In this document: positions 44,022-52,638 of the stretch, one piece after another | Position numbering within the stretch: position 1 is the stretch's first letter | Layout: each line of letters begins with the position of its first letter | NCBI GenBank assembly: GCA_030841035.1 | Contig: JAVEDI010000104.1 | Coordinates: forward strand, 9,445 to 73,444 | Reading direction: 5' to 3' | Length of the DNA stretch: 64,000 nucleotides | Source of the DNA: Actinomycetota bacterium | Lineage (GTDB): Bacteria; Actinomycetota; Actinomycetes; JACCUZ01 | Translations under genes and position numbers: made by a program | The notes under the pieces: generated by a model | Database searches by the model: none | The model's input: only the letters and a program-made list of their open reading frames with translations | What the model was told of the DNA's origin: nothing

Positions 44022-44106
44022 CCGCGGCACGAGCGCCGCCTCCGCCCGGGGCGGGGCGGCGCTCGGCTCCCGTCCTCCCGTCGCCTTATCCGTGAAGGAG
44101 TTCGCA

Positions 44107-44376
44107 ATGCGCACCATCGTTCGGCGAGTCGCACGCGTCGGCTACCTCGAGACACTCTTCTGGACGACCGGGACGGTCGCCGCGTACGCCGCGCCGCGCC
44201 CGGTCGAGCCGGCCTATCCCTCCCCGGCGCCTGTGCCGACCGAGCCGCGCTTCGCGACGGAGGTGCGGTGGATGCTCGGCGGCGCCGCCCTTGTCCTGGC
44301 CGTGGCCGCCGTCGTGCTCGTGGTCGTACTCTGGCGCCGTTCCCACTCCGCCGCCCGGCGGATCGCGGCCTTGTGA
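44107..44376 (+). CDS. Small C-terminally membrane-anchored protein (89 aa)
   Basis: ATG 44107 follows GAAGGAG. Pro-rich middle, then TM helix LGGAALVLAVAAVVLVVVLW. Confidence 0.5.
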   Translation: MRTIVRRVARVGYLETLFWTTGTVAAYAAPRPVEPAYPSPAPVPTEPRFATEVRWMLGGAALVLAVAAVVLVVVLWRRSHSAARRIAAL

Positions 44377-45095
44377 GGTTTGCCGTGGACACCGACACCC
44401 TCGCCGGCACCCTGAGCCGCTGTCCCATGTTCGCGTCCCTCGACCGTCCCGAGCTGTCCGCACTCGCCGGCACCTGCTCCGACCACAGTTACGGGGCTGG
44501 CGAGATCGTGTGCCTGCGCGGCGACACCCGCGACTGCATGTACGTCGTCGCCGTCGGAAGCGTCGCCGTGTCGCTGTCCGCTGAGGACGGCCGCGACGTG
44601 CTGCTGGCCGTCCTCGGCCCGTGCGACTCGTTCGGCGAGCTCGCGATTGTCGACGGCGGCCCTCGGGTCGCAACTATCACCGCCCGGACCCGCACAACCC
44701 TGGTGGTCGTTCCGCGCGCACCGGTTGCCGAGCTGCTGACCCGCCGCCCGCTGGTGGCCGCCGCGGTCCTGCAGGCGTTGGCCGTCATGGTCCGCCGGCT
44801 CGACGAGCACGCCTGCGACCTGATCGTGCTCGACCTGCCGCGGCGCGTCGAGAAGTACCTGGCCCGCCTCGTCACCCCTGCCGACGCCCACATCCCGCGC
44901 GGCCGCAACGACCAGAGCGACGGCCTGGTGCCCGTGCAGCTCGACCTCAACCAGGCGGATCTGGCCCGGCAGGTCGGCGGCTCCCGTCAGCAGGTCAACC
45001 GCATCCTGATGAACCTGGAGGAAGCGGGGTCCATCGAACGGCTCGGGCACCGCATCGTCAGCATCCGCCCGAACGCTCTGTACTCCGGAAACTAA
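44373..45095 (+). CDS. Crp/Fnr-family transcriptional regulator
   Basis: cNMP-binding domain (FGELAIVDGGPRVATITA) plus a C-terminal HTH (LARQVGGSRQQVNRILMNLEEAG). GTG 44373 overlaps the upstream stop. Confidence 0.85.
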   Translation: MRFAVDTDTLAGTLSRCPMFASLDRPELSALAGTCSDHSYGAGEIVCLRGDTRDCMYVVAVGSVAVSLSAEDGRDVLLAVLGPCDSFGELAIVDGGPRVATITARTRTTLVVVPRAPVAELLTRRPLVAAAVLQALAVMVRRLDEHACDLIVLDLPRRVEKYLARLVTPADAHIPRGRNDQSDGLVPVQLDLNQADLARQVGGSRQQVNRILMNLEEAGSIERLGHRIVSIRPNALYSGN

Positions 45096-45150
45096 CCGGC
45101 ACCAGGTCCGCCCGGATACCGAGGACGGAATTTGCCCGCGGAGCTGCACG

Positions 45151-47598
45151 TCAAGCCGGGGGCGCGGTCAGGGGGCTTTGGCGGGGGAACGCGATGCGGA
45201 TCACGTTGAGCTTCTTCCCGACGCGAACGCCGAGGTTCCATTGGGAGTAGCGCTGGGTCATGGCGGTGTTGAGGGTGACGCGAAGCCGCCACTGGCCGTG
45301 GCCCATCGGGTAGAAGGCGGTGTCGCCGCCGTGCGGCGTCGTGGCCGAAGCGGCGGTCGTCGCGGGCGCGGCCCACCTGTACCGAGGGCGCGCGCGGCTC
45401 GTGACTCGCACAGTGACGGTGCGGCCCGCACGGACGTGGAATGTGCCGTCGCGCCACGACGCGCCCCGCAGCCATACGGTGAGGACGCGGTAGTTGCCGT
45501 CGACGGTGGAGGACAGCTCGGCGCCGTTCGTCGCGGTGGCGGTGTATCGGGTCAGGCCGTGACGGCCGGGCGCGGTCCGTACGACGCAGCGGGTGATGCC
45601 GGAGAGCGCATCAGTGGCGGCACAGGCAGGGTGAGGCATGGTGCCGCGGTACACGCCGCCGTTCAGCGCTCCGGTCAGGTGCACTCTCGGCGGGGTGCGG
45701 TCGATGTTGATGCCGGTGACGGTCGCGGCGGCAACGCCACCGTCGGTCGCGGTGACGATCCGCGTGAGGGACTGGCCGCCTCCGCTGTCGGTCAAGGTGA
45801 CCGGGGCCGGGCATGGCGAGGTGAGCTGGGCGGATCCGTCGGTGCAGGCAAACCGGACGGTGACCGGGCCGGAATACCAGCCGCGGGGCGTCTGTGGCTG
45901 GGTGCTGGTCACCGTGGTGGTGATCGTCGGGTCGGTACGGCTGGTCGAGTCGGCCGAACCGGTGAAGTCGACGCTGCCGAGGTAGGCGGCGGCGACGTGC
46001 CGAGTGCCGTCGGTGGGGACCGTGTAGGTGAGGCTGGCGACGCCGCTCGAGTCGAGCGGGGTGGTGCCGACTACGCCGCCATTCACGCTGAACTGCACGG
46101 TGCCGGTCGGTGTGCCCGCTGCAGGGTTAGCCGGGGTGACGGTTGCGGTGATGGCGTTGGGGCCAACGGTCACCGTGAGGGTGGTGGCGGCGGCTCCAAC
46201 CGGGACGGTTTGCTGCGCGGTGGGCGCGGCGGCGTAGTCGACGTCCCCGGCTTGATCGGCGTCGATGACACATGTGCCGGTGTGCTGGAAGGTCACCGTT
46301 CCGTCGGCGGCGACGGTGCAGGCGCTGCTCGTCGCGGATGGGTCGGCGCTGAACAGGACCGGCTGCCCGGACTGGCCGCCGGTGGCTGCGGCCGCGTACG
46401 AGTCGCCCACGGTCACAGTCGGCGGCGTGGTGGTGAAGCTCACCGCCTGCGCGACAGGTCCGACGGTGAGGTCACCGGTACCGCTGGACGTCGCGTAGTC
46501 GACGTCCCCGGCGAACGTGGCGGTGACTGCCCCGATGTGGCTGCCGGCGTGGATGCCGGTTGTGTCCACCCCGCCGAGCGTGGCGACCCCGCTGCTGTCG
46601 GTGGTCGCGGTGCCGACCGGAGTGCCGTTGAGGCTGAACGCGACATTCTCGCCGGGAACGCCGGGTCCGGACGCGGTAAGGGTGGCGGTCAGGGTCGCCG
46701 TCTGCCCGAAAGTGGAGGTCCCCCCGACAGAGCCGACGGTGGTCGGCGCCGCGATGCCACCACAGGCGTTCACGTCGTCACCGCCATGCGGTAGAGATCC
46801 GCTGGTGCTGCCGATCAGGGTGAGGGCGCCTGTGCTCGGATCGACCCTGAACAGCTTGCCGGTCGGATTCTCGTAGGAGGTCGCCAGCATGTCCCCGGCA
46901 GCGTCCATGAACAGGCCCATGATCGATCTCGCGTTGGCGTAGCCGGTCAGGGTGACGGTACTGGTGATTGCGCCGGTTGCCAGGTCGTAGGAGAAGATCG
47001 CCCCGTGGTCGGTGCCCCACAGGGTGCCGGAGCAGTCGAAGGTCACATCCATAGCCCCGGGGCTGGATCCGACGAAGATCACCGCACCGCTGGCTGTGTC
47101 GACCTTGTACAGGCCTGCACCGTTCGGGCCGCCGTAGGAGGCTGCGTACATCGTGCCGTCAGGAGCCTGGTCCAGCCCGTACGACAGACCCTGGCGGCTG
47201 CCGATCGGGGTGGTCGCGCCGGTGGTCTGATCGATCTGGACGAGTTGCCCGTTCTCAAGGCCGTACAGGTTGCCGTCGGTGCCGAACGCATCGCCGTACA
47301 ACCCGCTGTGGGTAGGACCGCTCAAGGCGCTGGTCGCGCCCGTCGTGGTGTCGAGAGGGCCGATGCGTCTGCCGTTGTCCAGCGTCACGACGGCGTTGTC
47401 GGCTGACGCGGCGCTGGCGGGCGTAGCAGTGATCGCGGTAGCGACAGCGATGACGATGCCGAGCATGGCGGCAAGCAGGCGAGACTGACGAGCGCGCACG
47501 GGCTCTCCAAGAGTTGAGTTCGCAATGGCGGACTCTCTCCAGGCCCGGTTGCACATAGCCTCGACGCCCTTCTCCACCGACTTGAGCCCGGCCGGCAC
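45151..47598 (-). CDS. Large secreted protein: N-terminal beta-propeller-like repeats plus multiple bacterial Ig-like domains
   Basis: Signal-like LLAAMLGIVIAVATAITATPASA. Repeated DG.LY/DGTMY blades. Ig-like units such as GTVQFSVNGGVVGTTPLDSSGVASLTY. The start is uncertain (47598, 47556 or internal). Confidence 0.75.
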   Translation of the reverse strand: MPAGLKSVEKGVEAMCNRAWRESAIANSTLGEPVRARQSRLLAAMLGIVIAVATAITATPASAASADNAVVTLDNGRRIGPLDTTTGATSALSGPTHSGLYGDAFGTDGNLYGLENGQLVQIDQTTGATTPIGSRQGLSYGLDQAPDGTMYAASYGGPNGAGLYKVDTASGAVIFVGSSPGAMDVTFDCSGTLWGTDHGAIFSYDLATGAITSTVTLTGYANARSIMGLFMDAAGDMLATSYENPTGKLFRVDPSTGALTLIGSTSGSLPHGGDDVNACGGIAAPTTVGSVGGTSTFGQTATLTATLTASGPGVPGENVAFSLNGTPVGTATTDSSGVATLGGVDTTGIHAGSHIGAVTATFAGDVDYATSSGTGDLTVGPVAQAVSFTTTPPTVTVGDSYAAAATGGQSGQPVLFSADPSATSSACTVAADGTVTFQHTGTCVIDADQAGDVDYAAAPTAQQTVPVGAAATTLTVTVGPNAITATVTPANPAAGTPTGTVQFSVNGGVVGTTPLDSSGVASLTYTVPTDGTRHVAAAYLGSVDFTGSADSTSRTDPTITTTVTSTQPQTPRGWYSGPVTVRFACTDGSAQLTSPCPAPVTLTDSGGGQSLTRIVTATDGGVAAATVTGINIDRTPPRVHLTGALNGGVYRGTMPHPACAATDALSGITRCVVRTAPGRHGLTRYTATATNGAELSSTVDGNYRVLTVWLRGASWRDGTFHVRAGRTVTVRVTSRARPRYRWAAPATTAASATTPHGGDTAFYPMGHGQWRLRVTLNTAMTQRYSQWNLGVRVGKKLNVIRIAFPRQSPLTAPPA

Positions 47599-47734
47599 GT
47601 GCGGGGTGGAACGTGCGGTGACGGGCTGGACACCGCCACCGTCACCGCCCAGGGCTCACGCTCCAGCTCGACACGGCAGCCGTTCTCGGGCGGGAGCGCC
47701 GGCCGCAGCCACAGCTATGCCGGCACGATCGCGG

Positions 47735-48388
47735 TCAGCCGCAGAACGGCGCGTCCTGGTCGGCGATCCCGGCTATGTTCGGATGCCCGGCGATGTGCGG
47801 GGTGAGGGGCTGCAGGGTGAAGCCGGGCAGGTTCGGTGAGGCCCAGAACGCGGCCTGGGTGATGTACGCGCTGCCGTCTGTGTTCAGCGTCCGGTACGTC
47901 ACGAGGCGCACGTGGATGGTGAACCGCGCCCGGGTCGTACCGCTCCAGCACCGGGCCGCCGCGGAGGCGCGGCGAGCTCGCGCCACGCTGACCGGCGCGC
48001 CGATCGGGACACCGGCCACGGCGACCGCGATGTCCGGGCGCGCGCCCCCCGGCATGTACGGACCGGTGCCCGTCACGCCGAACGACATTCCACGAGTGAG
48101 AGCCGTCCGAACCGTGAACCGGCCGACGCCGCCCCTGATCGCGACCGTCCTCAGCGATCGGGAACTGGTACTGCCCCCTGTATGGAACACATCGACCACG
48201 CACCCAGGACAGCGCGGGATCCGTAGCGTCACCGTGGTCGTAGCCGCCGCGCGGCCACGCGCCGCCCGGCCGCCGGTCTGCGTGGCGGCTGCAGGTACGA
48301 CTGCTGCCAGGCCCAGCACCAGCGCCGCGAGGCCGATGACCAGGGTGCCCGCGCGATGCACAGGTAAGCGTCGAATGCGTGTACCCAT
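47735..48388 (-). CDS. Secreted hypothetical protein
   Basis: ATG 48388 gives the signal/TM segment AGTLVIGLAALVLGLAAVVPAAA. Four Cys. It lies upstream of the 815-aa gene on the same strand. Confidence 0.5.
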   Translation of the reverse strand: MGTRIRRLPVHRAGTLVIGLAALVLGLAAVVPAAATQTGGRAARGRAAATTTVTLRIPRCPGCVVDVFHTGGSTSSRSLRTVAIRGGVGRFTVRTALTRGMSFGVTGTGPYMPGGARPDIAVAVAGVPIGAPVSVARARRASAAARCWSGTTRARFTIHVRLVTYRTLNTDGSAYITQAAFWASPNLPGFTLQPLTPHIAGHPNIAGIADQDAPFCG

Positions 48389-48598
48389 GGCGTAGCCCAT
48401 CTCAGATCCGGGCCAGGACTCGTTCGGCAACCGCCGCCAGCCTGCGGGCGCACGGTAGCCAACAGGCGTCGGGTGCGTCAACGCTCACTGTCTTCTACAG
48501 AAAGGCGCTCAGCGCCGATGGGGCACCCACGCCTGCGCGCAGCCCCGTCACCTACGGCGACCTGCTCGCGTGCGACGGCCCGGGGCGTGCTGCTGATG

Positions 48599-49042
48599 TC
48601 AGGCCGTCGGAGACGATCCCTGGTCCGCGGGAACCGACGCCTGGCTGATGTTGACCATCCACGTGATGCCGAACCGGTCGACGCAGGAACCGAACTCGTC
48701 TCCCCACATCTGCCGTTCGAGGGGAACCGACACGGTGCCGCCGTCGGAGAGCTTTCCCCAGTACCCGCGCAGGGCTTCGCCGTCGTCCCCGCTCAGACTC
48801 ACCGCGATGTTGTCGCCCGGGTTGTGTTCCATCCCCGGCGGGGTGTCGGAGGCCATGAGCGTGAATCCGTCGTCGGTCTCGAGCATGGCGTGCATGATCT
48901 TGTCGGCCTCCGGGCCGTCAGATGCGCCGATCTGACCGAAGGTGTTCAGCGCCAGGGAGCCGCCGAACACCCCCTTGTAGAACTCCATCGCTTGCCGTGC
49001 GTCGCCGTTGAAGCTGATGTAGGGGTTCAGACGAGAGGCCAC
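48599..49042 (-). CDS. VOC-superfamily protein (PhnB-like)
   Basis: GTG 49042 follows AAGGAGG. N-terminus LNPYISFNGDARQAMEFYKGVFGG and C-terminal FGITWMVN are typical of PhnB-like glyoxalase-fold proteins. Confidence 0.75.
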   Translation of the reverse strand: MASRLNPYISFNGDARQAMEFYKGVFGGSLALNTFGQIGASDGPEADKIMHAMLETDDGFTLMASDTPPGMEHNPGDNIAVSLSGDDGEALRGYWGKLSDGGTVSVPLERQMWGDEFGSCVDRFGITWMVNISQASVPADQGSSPTA

Positions 49043-49148
49043 GGGCCCTCCTTGGTCGAGACCAATCCGGAACTCCACTAAAGCAGAACAGCCACGGGCA
49101 GTCGTCGTACGAGGGCGCCCATGGCTGTCCGTGCACCGGCTCGCGGGA

Positions 49149-49595
49149 TCAGGTGGTGCCGCTGCAGATCCCCTGCGAGAGGCCCGCCGACGAGGAGTAC
49201 TTCCAGTTGTCCTTGGCGCCCTTGAGGTTCTGGACGCCGACGCACCAGGCCGTGTCGCCGGCGAGGTTGGCGGTAGTGCCGCCGGGCACAGTGACGTTGG
49301 CGCTCGCCTTGCCCAGGTCCACGGCAGTTCCAGCAGTGGGTGTGAGCACGTAACGGCCACTGACGATGGTGATGGTGGCCGTTCCGGTGTTGTCGACGTA
49401 GTACGCCGCGATCTCCTTGCCGAGGGTGGACACGTCGGCCTTGGCCGCGGTGTCCTGAGCCTTCGCGCGCTGCGACAGGAACACCGGGATGGCGATCGCT
49501 GCCAGGATACCGATGATGATCATGACAACGAGGAGCTCGATGAGGGTGAAGCCGCCCTCATTCTCCTCGCTGGTCGTGCGAAGCCGGGGGAGCAT
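49149..49595 (-). CDS. Type IV pilin (prepilin-type N-terminal cleavage/methylation domain)
   Basis: ATG 49595. Class III signal ...EGGFTLIELLVVMIIIGILAAIAIP, and a C-terminal Cys pair (WCVG...GICSG). Confidence 0.85.
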   Translation of the reverse strand: MLPRLRTTSEENEGGFTLIELLVVMIIIGILAAIAIPVFLSQRAKAQDTAAKADVSTLGKEIAAYYVDNTGTATITIVSGRYVLTPTAGTAVDLGKASANVTVPGGTTANLAGDTAWCVGVQNLKGAKDNWKYSSSAGLSQGICSGTT

Positions 49596-49909
49596 GAGCC
49601 TCGTCCTTTCGGGATGGGGTATGAACCACTCCTCGGTCCCCGTGACTCCTGTGGAAGGGGACCCGCGAGGACAGCTGGCGGCCACGATGTGTGGACCCCC
49701 TGGCCGTCGCGGCCCCGTCTCGCGACGGAAATACCTATCTGGCCGCTGGTTTACATTGACTGATGCAATGTCGGGCCCGTCATGGGCAGCCTTGAGCGCC
49801 CGAGTGCTCCCAATTTGATCAAGCCTCCGGGGTGAACGGGCGCTCCTCGAGCCCCGGGTACCGATGTCCGCGGTTGGTACTCTCTCTGGTCTCAGGAAAG
49901 GGGGGCGCC

Positions 49910-50062
49910 GTGACGATTCCCGACCCGACCCCGATGCCGCCCAGCCCGCTGCCGGATCCGGCCCGGCCCGGCCCTATCCCGGACCCGGACTCGCCGGGGC
50001 CCACCGATCCGACGCCTCCGGCCCCAGGCCCGCCGGCGCCTGGGCCGGAAGAGCTGTACTGA
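49910..50062 (+). CDS. Possible 50-aa proline-rich micro-protein
   Basis: GTG 49910 follows GAAAGGGGGG. Almost all third codon positions are G/C. Sequence VTIPDPTPMPPSPLPDPARPGPIPDPDSPGPTDPTPPAPGPPAPGPEELY. Confidence 0.3.
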   Translation: MTIPDPTPMPPSPLPDPARPGPIPDPDSPGPTDPTPPAPGPPAPGPEELY

Positions 50063-50241
50063 CTGCTCGAAGCCGAGCTCGACGACGGACCAGGCCCCGC
50101 CTGTCCGACCCAGGGGCCGGAGCCGCCCGCTGATGATCATTTGGGCGCCGCGGTGAAGTAGCATCCCGCAACCGACGCGGGACCGGCGGTGCGAGCGCGC
50201 GCCGGACTGGGCCGTCGACCCCGCCAGCCTGGAGTGTCGCC

Positions 50242-50685
50242 ATGTCATCAGGGATCCGCGTCGTCACGGCTGACGAACGCTCGAAGAACACCCCGCAGAC
50301 CCCGGGCCTGCTCCGGGAGGTCGCCTTCGACTCCCACTCGGTGGTGGACGGTCAGCTCAACGCCTTCCTCAGCACCGTCGAGCCGGCTGCGTCGACCGGC
50401 GCGCACCACCACGGCGAGCAGGACACGGTGCTCTACGTGCTGAGCGGCACTGCCGCCTACGCCTGGGGTCCCGACCTGGAGAACGTCGTCTGGGCGGGCG
50501 AGGGCGACTTCGTCTACATCCCGGGCGGCGTCGTGCACCAGGAGATCAACCCCTCGCCCGACCTGGTGACCCGATGGGTGGTCGTCCGCTCGGGGGCCGA
50601 CCCGGTCGTCGTGAACCTGGAGCACCTCGACGGGGCAGCGGAGCGGCGAGCGGCGCAGATCATCGGGCAGGCCGGCCCGGCGTAG
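50242..50685 (+). CDS. Cupin-domain protein
   Basis: Cupin metal motifs GAHHHGEQDTVLYVLSG and GGVVHQEIN. Confidence 0.8.
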   Translation: MSSGIRVVTADERSKNTPQTPGLLREVAFDSHSVVDGQLNAFLSTVEPAASTGAHHHGEQDTVLYVLSGTAAYAWGPDLENVVWAGEGDFVYIPGGVVHQEINPSPDLVTRWVVVRSGADPVVVNLEHLDGAAERRAAQIIGQAGPA

Positions 50686-50689
50686 CGCT

Positions 50690-50754
50690 CTTGACAGGTG
50701 CCACGCACGAATGAAAGCGTAGTCATCATACGGGACGATGTTCGATATGTTGAA
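50690..50754 (+). promoter_or_regulatory. Promoter/operator region P1 of the catabolic cluster
   Basis: TTGACAG (50690-50696), GAAAGCGTA at +22, ATCATACGGGAC (50724-50735), GTTCGATATGTTGAAC (50739-50754). Collinear with 59773-59839. Confidence 0.5.
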
Positions 50755-50836
50755 CAGTCCGGCTACGTCAGCTCACCCGCCTCACGTTACGCGTGCTGCC
50801 CGCGGTGACGCCGTCCGGGTGAGAGGAGCGCTCGCA

Positions 50837-52096
50837 GTGGCACGCGTGCCGATATGCATGGTCGGCTGCGGCGGCATGGGCAGCCGCCATGTCAGCGGCT
50901 ACGGCGCCCTCGAGCGCGTCGGTCTGTCCAACGTGGACCTCGTCGCGGTCTGCGACGTCCGGGCCGACAACGCCCAGCGCGTCGCCGCCGAGGCCGAAGC
51001 CGCTACCGGCCGGCGTCCCCTGGTCTTCGGATCCGTCGAGGAGGCACTGCGGGACAGCGGCGCGGCGGCGTACGACGTCGTCACGGACGCCAGCAGTCAC
51101 CTTCCGGTCGTCGCGCCCATCCTCGACGCCGGAAAGCACGTCCTGTGCGAGAAGCCGCTGGCTCTCACGGTCCGCTCGGGGCGCGAGCTGGTCAACCGGG
51201 CGGCGGCGTCCGGCGCGCTGCTCGCGACCGCGGAGAACTACCGTCGCGACCCCACGAACCGGCTCGCGAAGGCGGTGATCGACTCCGGGCTGCTCGGCGA
51301 GATCTTCCTGATGCGTCAGGTGCTCGTCGGCGGCAATGACCGCATCCTCATCACGCCATGGCGACACCTCAAGGACAAGGGCGCCATCGGGTTGGACATG
51401 GGCGTCCACTTCACCGACCTGTTCCAGTACTACCTGGGGCCGTTCGAGTCGGCGTACGGCCACGGCTTCATCGCCGAGCCGATCCGCTACCGGCAGGAGC
51501 AGCTGGAGTTCGAGTCGGCGGCTTACGTGCAGCGGCTCGCCGAGATCCCCGACGAGATCGTGGCGACCGGCGAGGACTCGGTCACGGTCACCTACCGCAT
51601 GGCGTCCGGTGTCACCGTGCAGCTGGCCTACATCCCGTCAGGACCGGGCTGGCTCTACCAGGAGCGTGTCCTGCACGGCCGGGCCGGCTCGCTGCAGATC
51701 TTCCGCGACCGCACCGGACAGGCACCCGTCCTGCACACGGCGGCAGGGTCGCTCACCGGGCCCGAGCTGGCCGAGGCCGCAGGTGGCGTGTCCCTCGACC
51801 CGGTCACCGAGGCGCTGTTCGGCGGCGACTTCTCCTACGACCTCGATTTCGCCACGACCGACGCCAACCTGCTCGCGATCGAGATCCACGACTTCGCCGC
51901 GGCCGTCCTGGACGGCCGGCGCCCGGAGATCGACGGGACGCTCGGCCTCAGCGCCGTCGCAGCGGTGCTGGCTGCCTACGAGAGCGGGCTCGTCGGTCAA
52001 GCGGTCCGCATCGAGGACGTGCTCTCCGGTTCGCTCTCCGGCTATCAGGACGAGATCGACGCCGGCCTGACGCAGTACCTCACCGTCTCCGCATGA
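50837..52096 (+). CDS. Gfo/Idh/MocA-family oxidoreductase
   Basis: GTG 50837 follows GAGAGGAG. Rossmann N-terminus VPICMVGCGGMGSRH and motif EKPLAL. ATG 50738 is rejected because it lies inside the conserved operator. Confidence 0.85.
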   Translation: MARVPICMVGCGGMGSRHVSGYGALERVGLSNVDLVAVCDVRADNAQRVAAEAEAATGRRPLVFGSVEEALRDSGAAAYDVVTDASSHLPVVAPILDAGKHVLCEKPLALTVRSGRELVNRAAASGALLATAENYRRDPTNRLAKAVIDSGLLGEIFLMRQVLVGGNDRILITPWRHLKDKGAIGLDMGVHFTDLFQYYLGPFESAYGHGFIAEPIRYRQEQLEFESAAYVQRLAEIPDEIVATGEDSVTVTYRMASGVTVQLAYIPSGPGWLYQERVLHGRAGSLQIFRDRTGQAPVLHTAAGSLTGPELAEAAGGVSLDPVTEALFGGDFSYDLDFATTDANLLAIEIHDFAAAVLDGRRPEIDGTLGLSAVAAVLAAYESGLVGQAVRIEDVLSGSLSGYQDEIDAGLTQYLTVSA

Positions 52097-52638
52097 TCAC
52101 ACCCGAACTTCCGAGCCTGACCTTGCTTCAGGCACATCCGGTCAAGCAGGTGGCGATCGTCGTGCGGGACCTCGAGGCCTCGGTGCGCACGTACGCCGCG
52201 CTCCTCGGCATCGCTCCGTGGACGGCCTACGAGCTGACGCCCGACGTCCTGCAGGACATGCACTACTACGGCGAGCCGGTGACGTTCGGGCTGCGGCACG
52301 CGCTTGCCTGGAAGGGCGACGTGCAGTTCGAGCTGGTGCAGCCGCTGTCGGGGCCCAGCATCTTCACCGACCACCTCGAGGCACATGGTGAGGGGCTGCA
52401 CCACATCGGTGTGTACGTCCCTGACCACGCTCGTGCAGTTGCCGAGGTACGGGCCCAAGGATTCCGGCCGTTGCAGGGTGCCCGCGGCTTCGGTGCGACA
52501 GGCGACGGTGCGTTCGCGTACTTCGACAAGCACGACCTGGGCGTCATCGTCGAGCTGATCGAGGCGCCGTCGGTCCGACGCGAACCCTTGTTCATCCACC
52601 CACCGCCCGCCGACCAGAGCGCAGAGGGTCCATCGTGA
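52093..52638 (+). CDS. VOC-family (glyoxalase/dioxygenase fold) protein
   Basis: ATGA overlap with the upstream gene. Motifs VKQVAIVVRDLEA and GLHHIGVYV. Confidence 0.8.
   Translation: MITPELPSLTLLQAHPVKQVAIVVRDLEASVRTYAALLGIAPWTAYELTPDVLQDMHYYGEPVTFGLRHALAWKGDVQFELVQPLSGPSIFTDHLEAHGEGLHHIGVYVPDHARAVAEVRAQGFRPLQGARGFGATGDGAFAYFDKHDLGVIVELIEAPSVRREPLFIHPPPADQSAEGPS

Noticed and set aside
43322-44473. 383-aa minus-strand ORF, and similar long Arg/Pro/Ala-rich ORFs (e.g. 28947..31286+, 22783..24021+, 14318..15658-, 25223..26230-, 39042..40856+)
   Set aside because: These are typical shadow frames of high-GC DNA. They lie antisense to, or out of frame with, genes that carry clear catalytic motifs. 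They show extreme Arg/Pro/Gly bias and have no RBS.
50738-50836. ATG 50738 as the start of the Gfo/Idh/MocA oxidoreductase
   Set aside because: The first 17 nt of that ORF are the conserved operator GTTCGATATGTTGAAC shared with the 59824 region. GTG 50837 has a GAGAGGAG RBS and places the Rossmann GxGxxG at the usual N-terminal distance.
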